Shown here: in pieces, positions 58,706-64,000 of the stretch | How the letters are laid out: the number at the start of each line of letters is the position of its first letter | Position numbering within the stretch: the first letter of the stretch is position 1 | Translations under genes and position numbers: made by a program | Notes under the pieces: generated by a model | The model's database searches: none | What the model was told of the DNA's origin: nothing | Seen by the model: only the letters and a program-made list of their open reading frames with translations | NCBI GenBank assembly: GCA_020446815.1 | Contig: JAGRDY010000001.1 | Location: 5,203-69,202 of the forward strand | Direction: 5' to 3' | From: Paracoccaceae bacterium | GTDB lineage: Bacteria > Pseudomonadota > Alphaproteobacteria > Rhodobacterales > Rhodobacteraceae | Length of the DNA stretch: 64,000 nt

Positions 58706-59422
58706 TTACCGATGTTCGGCGCAAAGCGAAAGAAAGTGATGGGCATGCAGGAAGTCACGCTTCTTGCGATCGGCAGTTCGGGCCGCTTCCTCATCGTCGC
58801 CCCATTGCTCTGTCTGCCAATCCTCGTCGATTCGCGACAGCGACCAGATGGCCTCGGCAGGCGCATGGCCGGCCGCGGCGGCCAGCCCCAGCACCAGCGA
58901 TCCGGACATGGCGACAAGATCGTGAACCGCCACCAGCTCAAAGGCGGAAAAGCCCCGGACCCTCGCGGCAAGCCTGGCCAACGATCCTGCCGGTTGTTCC
59001 ACAGGGACAATGCCGTGGGTAACCACCAGCGGCGCGCCCAGGGCCGCTTCGGCCCAATCGAGCAGCGGATCCCAGGCAGATGATTGGCGCGCGGTCAGTT
59101 CTTGCGGGTATTCGGCACGGTAGCACAGCAGATCGCTGCCCCCGTAGGCCGCGACCAGATCGGCCACCTCGTCGAATTGCGGCATCACCTTGTCGATCGC
59201 GGCATTGGCCGAACGTGTCACCGGCATCCGGCGGGGGTCGACCTTGTCTTGCTGCGCCGCCCATTCGCCCGCCACTGCGTCGGCCATTGCCTGCGTTGGC
59301 AAGACCAGCGGCGCTTTGGCGGGGGTTGTCACCAGCCGCCCGTCCAACGCTATCCGAAAGCCGCCACCCGACACGACGACGCCGGTTTCGGACCAGAACC
59401 GCTTTTTCGCCCAGCCGCTCAT
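58706..59422 (-). CDS. ATP12-family F1-ATPase assembly chaperone
   Basis: From the ATG at 59422. MSGWAKKRFWSETGVV...GFRIALDGRLVTTPAKAPLVLPT...AEWAAQ is typical ATP12. The ATG overlaps the upstream stop codon (ATGA). Confidence 0.85.
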   Translation of the reverse strand: MSGWAKKRFWSETGVVVSGGGFRIALDGRLVTTPAKAPLVLPTQAMADAVAGEWAAQQDKVDPRRMPVTRSANAAIDKVMPQFDEVADLVAAYGGSDLLCYRAEYPQELTARQSSAWDPLLDWAEAALGAPLVVTHGIVPVEQPAGSLARLAARVRGFSAFELVAVHDLVAMSGSLVLGLAAAAGHAPAEAIWSLSRIDEDWQTEQWGDDEEAARTADRKKRDFLHAHHFLSLCAEHR

Positions 59423-60093
59423 CCCGGACCCCATCTGTCGCCAAGCACCCGCCGCAACGCGGCAAAGCTGCCGACGATTTCGGTGGCTCCGGCCTGCCGC
59501 AACATCTCGGCGGGATGATACCCCCAGACAACCCCGATCGCCTGCATTCCGGCGGCCCGGCCCATGGCCATGTCATAGCTGGTGTCACCGATCATCACCG
59601 CCTGATCGGCCGTCACGCCGGTTTCGTCCATCGCCGCCAGCAGCATCGACGGGTCGGGTTTGGACGGGTGGTCGTCGGCCACCTGGGACGTCGCGAAAAC
59701 TCCGGTCAGCCCGTGATTGTCCAGGATCCGCGCCAGTCCGCGCCGTGAATTTCCGGTGGCAACACCGAGCAACATACCGGGCCGGACCCGCAGATCATCC
59801 AGAAAGTCGCGCGCGCCGGGGTAGAGCGGCGCGATCCGGGTTGGGCTGTTGGCGGAAAATATCTGTTTGTACGCCGCCATGATCTGCGCCTGAACGGGGG
59901 CGGCCTGATCCTGCGTCAGCCTGCCGATCGCCTCGGGCAGCGACAGGCCGACGATATCCAGGACCTCGGGCCGAGATGGCGCGGTGCAGCCGGCTTGCGC
60001 AAAGGCTTCGGCCATGGCGCTGACGATATGGTCCTGACTGTCCACCAGCGTTCCATCGACGTCGAATACCACCAGTCTTGCGGTCGGGTTCAT
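59419..60093 (-). CDS. HAD-family hydrolase (phosphoglycolate phosphatase-like)
   Basis: VVFDVDGTLVDS motif I, GVATGNS motif II, and IGDTSYDMAMGRAAG motif III/IV. Confidence 0.85.
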   Translation of the reverse strand: MNPTARLVVFDVDGTLVDSQDHIVSAMAEAFAQAGCTAPSRPEVLDIVGLSLPEAIGRLTQDQAAPVQAQIMAAYKQIFSANSPTRIAPLYPGARDFLDDLRVRPGMLLGVATGNSRRGLARILDNHGLTGVFATSQVADDHPSKPDPSMLLAAMDETGVTADQAVMIGDTSYDMAMGRAAGMQAIGVVWGYHPAEMLRQAGATEIVGSFAALRRVLGDRWGPG

Positions 60094-61142
60094 GGCTGAT
60101 CCGCAAAAGGATCGTCCGGCACGTCCGCCGCCGACCAGCCCACCGTTTTCCAGGTGCGCGTCATGTGATCCGGCAATGGCGCCGTGAGCACGATACGCCT
60201 GCCGGTGATCGGATGGTCAAAGCTGATGGAGCGGGCGTGCAGGTGCAGCTTCTTGCTGATCTCGCCACCCAGTTGCGCCCCCCAGCCGTCGCCAAGGTTT
60301 TCCTGCCCCGATCCGCCGTATTTTCCGTCGCCGATGATCGGATGGCCGATTTCGGCCATATGGGCGCGCAATTGGTGGGTGCGCCCCGTCACCGGCACCA
60401 GCGCCACCCAGGCGGCACGGCCCGCCAGCTTGTCGAGAACGGCATAATCCGTCGTTGCGCGTTTGGCCCCTTCGGTCGTTCCCACCCTGCCGGGATGCAC
60501 GGCAATCATCCTTTCACCCTCGCCACCTCCGCCGCGGCCCGGCGCCTTGACCAGGCCAAAACGGATGGTGCCCATGCGCGGGTTCGGCACTCCGGCAACG
60601 ACGGCCCAGTAAATCTTGCGGGTGCTGCGCGAACGGAAGGCTTCCGAAAGTGCGCGCGCGATGCGATCGGTTCGCGCCAGCAGCAGGACCCCGGATGTGT
60701 CCTTGTCGAGCCGGTGAACCAGCTTCGGGCGGGTCTTGAAGCCGAACATCAGCGCCTCGGTCAACCCGTCCACATGGCGGTTGGTCTGGCCCGACCCGCC
60801 CTGCGACGGCAGGCCCGGTGGCTTGTTGAGCGCGATGATGTGTTCATCCTTCCACAGCACGGCGGCCTGGATCATCTTGGCATCGGCGGCAGATATGCCG
60901 GCTGCGCCGCGCCCGCGGATTTCCGCGGCTTCCTCTCCGGGCAGCGGCGGCACCCTTATTTCGGCGCCCGGCCCCACCCTCGTGGCGGCCTTGACGCGGC
61001 CACCATCGACGCGGATCTGCCCGGTACGGCACAGTTTTTCCACCGCCCCCTGGGTGATCCGGGGAAAGCGTTTTTTCAACCATCGGTCCAGGCGGCTTTC
61101 GCCGTCGTCAAGACCCACGGTCAGGCGCTTGACACCGCTCAT
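60090..61142 (-). CDS. RluA-family 23S rRNA pseudouridine synthase (RluC/RluD-like)
   Basis: S4 domain (RLDRWLKKRFPRITQGAVEKLCRTGQIRVDG) plus catalytic HRLDKDTSGVLLLA. Confidence 0.9.
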   Translation of the reverse strand: MSGVKRLTVGLDDGESRLDRWLKKRFPRITQGAVEKLCRTGQIRVDGGRVKAATRVGPGAEIRVPPLPGEEAAEIRGRGAAGISAADAKMIQAAVLWKDEHIIALNKPPGLPSQGGSGQTNRHVDGLTEALMFGFKTRPKLVHRLDKDTSGVLLLARTDRIARALSEAFRSRSTRKIYWAVVAGVPNPRMGTIRFGLVKAPGRGGGGEGERMIAVHPGRVGTTEGAKRATTDYAVLDKLAGRAAWVALVPVTGRTHQLRAHMAEIGHPIIGDGKYGGSGQENLGDGWGAQLGGEISKKLHLHARSISFDHPITGRRIVLTAPLPDHMTRTWKTVGWSAADVPDDPFADQP

Positions 61143-61516
61143 GTCATGAGCCCGCGCAACATGGCCATTCCCGCCACGACAGCGGCAAGCGACAACACGA
61201 CCGTGGCCAGGGCATACGCCGCCGCAACACCGGTGTCGCCACGTTCGAACAGGGTCATTACATCCAGCGAAAAGGCCGAAAACGTGGTGAACCCGCCCAG
61301 AACGCCGGTCATCAGAAAGGGCGCAAAATGTGTCGCCTCCTTGTGCGCCAGGAAAACCACGAGTGCCCCCATCAAAAACGACCCGACGACATTGACGGCG
61401 ATGGTGCCCCAGGGAAACCCGACGCCAAACGCCCGCATCGCCGCGACCGAGGTCAGATAGCGGGCCGAGGCCCCTACAGCCCCGCCAAGGGCCACTTGCA
61501 CGAGGTTCTGAATCAT
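61139..61516 (-). CDS. crcB: Fluoride efflux channel CrcB/FluC
   Basis: From the ATG at 61516 (GAGGAAG Shine-Dalgarno sequence). MIQNLVQVALGGAVGASARY...FPWGTIAVNVVGSFLMG...GVLGGFTTFSAFS is canonical. Confidence 0.9.
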   Translation of the reverse strand: MIQNLVQVALGGAVGASARYLTSVAAMRAFGVGFPWGTIAVNVVGSFLMGALVVFLAHKEATHFAPFLMTGVLGGFTTFSAFSLDVMTLFERGDTGVAAAYALATVVLSLAAVVAGMAMLRGLMT

Positions 61517-61547
61517 GGCGACTTCCTCTTCCGGTGCGGGTGCAAAG

Positions 61548-62861
61548 TCAACCGCCGCGTCTGTCGCGCTGCCTGGCAAACCAGTCCAGCCGCTTTTTCA
61601 GTTCACGCTCATATCCGCGTTCGACGGGTTGATAGAGGATCGGGCGCTTCATGCCATCGGGAAAGTAGTTCTGGCCGGAAAATCCGTCTTCGGCGTCATG
61701 ATCATAGGCATAGCCTTCGCCGTAACCCTGCTCTTTCATCATTTTCGTGGGCGCGTTGAGGATGTGGCGCGGCGGCGGTTCCGACCCGGTGCGCCGGGCC
61801 GCGTCCCGCGCGGCCTTGTAGGCGGTGTAGGCGGCATTGGATTTCGGTGCGAGCGCCAGATAGATCACCGCCTGCGCCAGTGCGAGTTCGCCCTCCGGGC
61901 TGCCCAGCCGCTCATAGGTTTGCCATGCCTGAAGGCAGATCGTCTGGCCATGGCTGTCGGCCAGACCGATATCCTCCACCGCCATACGGGTGATGCGGCG
62001 GGCGAGATAGCGCGGGTCTTCGCCCCCTTCCAGCATCCGCGCCAGCCAGTAGAGCGCCGCGTCCGGGTCTGAGCCGCGCACCGATTTATGCAGCGCGGAA
62101 ATGAGGTTGAAATGTTCATCGCCGGATTTGTCGTATTTGGCCGCGCGGCGCATGAGCCGTTGGCCCAGGGCATCGCGGGTCAGCGCGGCGCCAGCTTTCC
62201 AGGCGAGGATCTGTTCGATCAGGTTCAACAGGGCCCGCCCGTCGCCATCGGCCATTTCCAGCAACGCCTCGCGTGCATCGGGCTGCAGGGGCAATGCGCG
62301 GCCGACCTCCTGCTCGGCCCGCTGGGCAAGCAGTTCGAGGTCGCCCAAGTTCAGGCGTTCCAGAACGATCACCTGGGCGCGGCTCAGCAGTGCCGCGTTC
62401 AGTTCGAATGACGGGTTTTCGGTGGTGGCACCGACCAGAAGGATCGTGCCGTCTTCCATATGCGGCAGGAATCCGTCTTGCTGTGCCTTGTTGAAGCGGT
62501 GGATTTCATCGACGAAAAGCAGCGTGCCGCGGCCCTGCGTCCGGCGCAGCCTGGCGGCCTCGAACACCTTGCGAAGCTCGGGAACGCCGGTGAAGATCGC
62601 GCTTATCTGAACGAACGCCATGTCGGTCTTGTCGGCGAGCAAGCGGGCGATGGTCGTCTTGCCGACGCCAGGCGGCCCCCACAAGATCAGCGACGACAGA
62701 CTGCCCGCCGCCAGCATCGACCCAAGCGGCCCGTCGGGATTGAGGATCTTGCGCTGGCCGATGATCGACTCAAGGTCGAGCGGCCTGAGCCGATCCGCCA
62801 GGGGGCGCGGCGAATCTGCCGCCATGGCCGGTGCCGCGTTATGTTCAAAGAGGTCAGTCAC
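61548..62861 (-). CDS. rarA: Replication-associated recombination protein A
   Basis: 437 aa. Walker A GPPGVGKTT, FVDEIHRFNK, and C-terminal MgsA helical domain (HFNLISALHKSVRGSDPDAALYWLARML). Confidence 0.95.
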   Translation of the reverse strand: MTDLFEHNAAPAMAADSPRPLADRLRPLDLESIIGQRKILNPDGPLGSMLAAGSLSSLILWGPPGVGKTTIARLLADKTDMAFVQISAIFTGVPELRKVFEAARLRRTQGRGTLLFVDEIHRFNKAQQDGFLPHMEDGTILLVGATTENPSFELNAALLSRAQVIVLERLNLGDLELLAQRAEQEVGRALPLQPDAREALLEMADGDGRALLNLIEQILAWKAGAALTRDALGQRLMRRAAKYDKSGDEHFNLISALHKSVRGSDPDAALYWLARMLEGGEDPRYLARRITRMAVEDIGLADSHGQTICLQAWQTYERLGSPEGELALAQAVIYLALAPKSNAAYTAYKAARDAARRTGSEPPPRHILNAPTKMMKEQGYGEGYAYDHDAEDGFSGQNYFPDGMKRPILYQPVERGYERELKKRLDWFARQRDRRGG

Positions 62862-63056
62862 AGCGGCAGACTACATCCGACTGCGATCGCGTGAAAGCGG
62901 GGAAAACCGTCGCCAGAGCGCTGAATCAGCGCCCTGCAAGGCCGCGTTAACATACCAGACCAGACCTTAGGAACATATCCTTTTGGACAAGTTGCTTTTC
63001 TGTGGGTCAACCGTAAATTGTGAAAAGAAAGTGAGAGCATTCAAAGGAAATTCACA

Positions 63057-63239
63057 TTGTTTACGATCAATCCTGGACTTTTTACCAGACTCATGAAGCT
63101 TCCCGATGCCGCCCGGACGGATTTGCTGGAATTCATTGGCGCGACCCCGGTCGCTGATGCTCAGTTATCTGAAATAATTGATAATTTCTCCATCAAAAAG
63201 AGCCCGGAACGTGGAAAGCTGACGCTGAAGACGGGTTGA
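63057..63239 (+). CDS. Hypothetical small protein (questionable)
   Basis: 60-codon ORF (TTG start, alternative ATG at 63093) in a locally low-GC stretch. A/T-ending codons are far more frequent than in neighbouring genes. No recognisable family. Confidence 0.25.
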   Translation: MFTINPGLFTRLMKLPDAARTDLLEFIGATPVADAQLSEIIDNFSIKKSPERGKLTLKTG

Positions 63240-63290
63240 AGGGTTCAGGCCGTGGAAAGCCTGGCGCGCCGCGCAACCGCAATGCATGAT

Positions 63291-63322
63291 AAAGCCCGGC
63301 TGATCGTGTTGGCCGGGCTTTT
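63291..63322. terminator. Bidirectional rho-independent terminator between the small ORF and rplQ
   Basis: AAAGCCCGGC-11 nt-GCCGGGCTTT, a 10-bp stem flanked by an A-run and a T-run, so a U-tract follows the hairpin on either strand. Confidence 0.6.
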
Positions 63323-63437
63323 CAGTTTCGCGAAGTTCCGTGACGCTTTGGCGCTTGCCTGAACCGGCGCGCGACGCAGCGCCAGTCAAGACGTTTTGAC
63401 AGGAAGCCGAACCGCGTAGCAGTGCAACGCTTCTTGA

Positions 63438-63857
63438 TCAGCTATCGGCCGATTCTTCTGCCTCGACACGCGCCTTGTCGGCGGCACCCTTGGCCGACGC
63501 ATCGCGGTCGACAAGCTCGATGATCGCCATCGGCGCCATATCCCCGTAGCGGAATCCTGCCTTGAGGACACGGACGTAGCCGCCCTGACGGTCCTTGTAG
63601 CGCGGGCCGAGAATGTCGAACAGGCGCGCGACATGCTGGTCCTGCTTCAACTGAGACGCGGCCTGGCGGCGGGCGTGAAGATCGCCCCGTTTGGCCAGCG
63701 TGATCAGCTTTTCGATCACCGGGCGCAGCTCCTTGGCCTTGGGCAGCGTGGTCTTGATCTGTTCGTGTTCGATAAGCGAACCGGCCATGTTGGCGAACAG
63801 CGCCTTGCGGTGTTCATGGGTGCGGTTCAGGCGGCGGTATCCGCGGGCGTGACGCAT
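63438..63857 (-). CDS. rplQ: 50S ribosomal protein L17
   Basis: [59 protein letters not shown]... is canonical L17 with an acidic C-terminal tail. Confidence 0.95.
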   Translation of the reverse strand: MRHARGYRRLNRTHEHRKALFANMAGSLIEHEQIKTTLPKAKELRPVIEKLITLAKRGDLHARRQAASQLKQDQHVARLFDILGPRYKDRQGGYVRVLKAGFRYGDMAPMAIIELVDRDASAKGAADKARVEAEESADS

Positions 63858-64000
63858 TTCAGTCTCCTAACGTGTTCATTTTGCTTTGTCCGGCGGGCGT
63901 GGTCCTCGCGCCGCTCTCCTTGGGGCATTTCGCCCGATTGTTCCCCGCACCTGGCGGGCATTGCGGGGGGCCGTCCGGGGCGCGGCCCGCCCGTCTGTCA

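Noticed and set aside
60078-61460. 460-aa plus-strand ORF; the same issue applies to 36489-37820 (plus strand), 8101-9354 (minus strand), 20349-21699 (minus strand) and 29600-30595 (plus strand)
   Set aside because: All are antisense to, or out of frame with, confidently identified genes (rlu/crcB, GT87/rpsD, qor, the rluB tail, the OmpA coiled coil). All have low-complexity R/P/G-rich translations.
61517-61547. Fluoride riboswitch upstream of crcB
   Set aside because: Only about 31 nt are available between rarA and crcB, and no crcB-motif-like sequence is recognisable.
1-64000. Mobile elements, CRISPR arrays, tRNA or rRNA genes, and prophage or defence-island content
   Set aside because: I saw no transposase, integrase or recombinase-like ORFs, no regularly spaced direct repeats, no tRNA-like T-arm or acceptor features in the intergenic regions, and no compositionally foreign multi-gene block. 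The window reads as core chromosome.

Overview
High-GC alphaproteobacterial chromosomal segment. The family signatures (VPLPA-CTERM protein, Hint-domain protein, DUF2125- and DUF2927-like proteins, aapJQMP) suggest a Rhodobacterales-like organism, but this is inference only. I can support about 65 protein genes, nearly all housekeeping or transport: mgtE, guanine deaminase, gatCA, tadA, two pseudouridine synthases, dtd, hisC/tyrC, rpsD, the gcvT-gcvH-(VOC)-gcvP operon, gltX, wrbA, a HAAT-type ABC transporter, the aapJQMP general amino-acid transporter, crcB, rarA and rplQ. Several features are not visible in the ORF track. These are RNase P RNA (rnpB, minus strand, about 12303-12711), a tandem glycine riboswitch upstream of gcvT, the 55-aa L33 gene (rpmG), a truncated YmdB-type gene at the left edge, and a decayed DsbA/HCCA-isomerase pseudogene with one nonsense codon and two frameshifts. 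I found no rRNA, tRNA, CRISPR array, transposase or integrase. Many of the longest ORFs in the track are antisense artefacts of the high GC content. Two loci are most worth a second look. The first is a tightly packed six-gene plus-strand operon (21429-26815) that joins a TelA/XpaC module to a YdjI-like SPFH-GYF protein, a YdjG-like double zinc-ribbon protein, a lipoprotein and a 27-aa membrane peptide, with no PspA. The second is an orphan MotA/MotB-like ion-channel pair (28799-31824) in which the MotB-like subunit carries a roughly 400-residue predicted coiled coil ahead of its OmpA domain. Smaller curiosities include twin TGTA-N8-(T/C)ACA palindromes in an AT-rich island upstream of the HAAT ABC operon, a 690-bp gene-free region with clustered GANTC sites, a Hint-domain protein, and crcB embedded without a riboswitch in an overlapping-gene chain.
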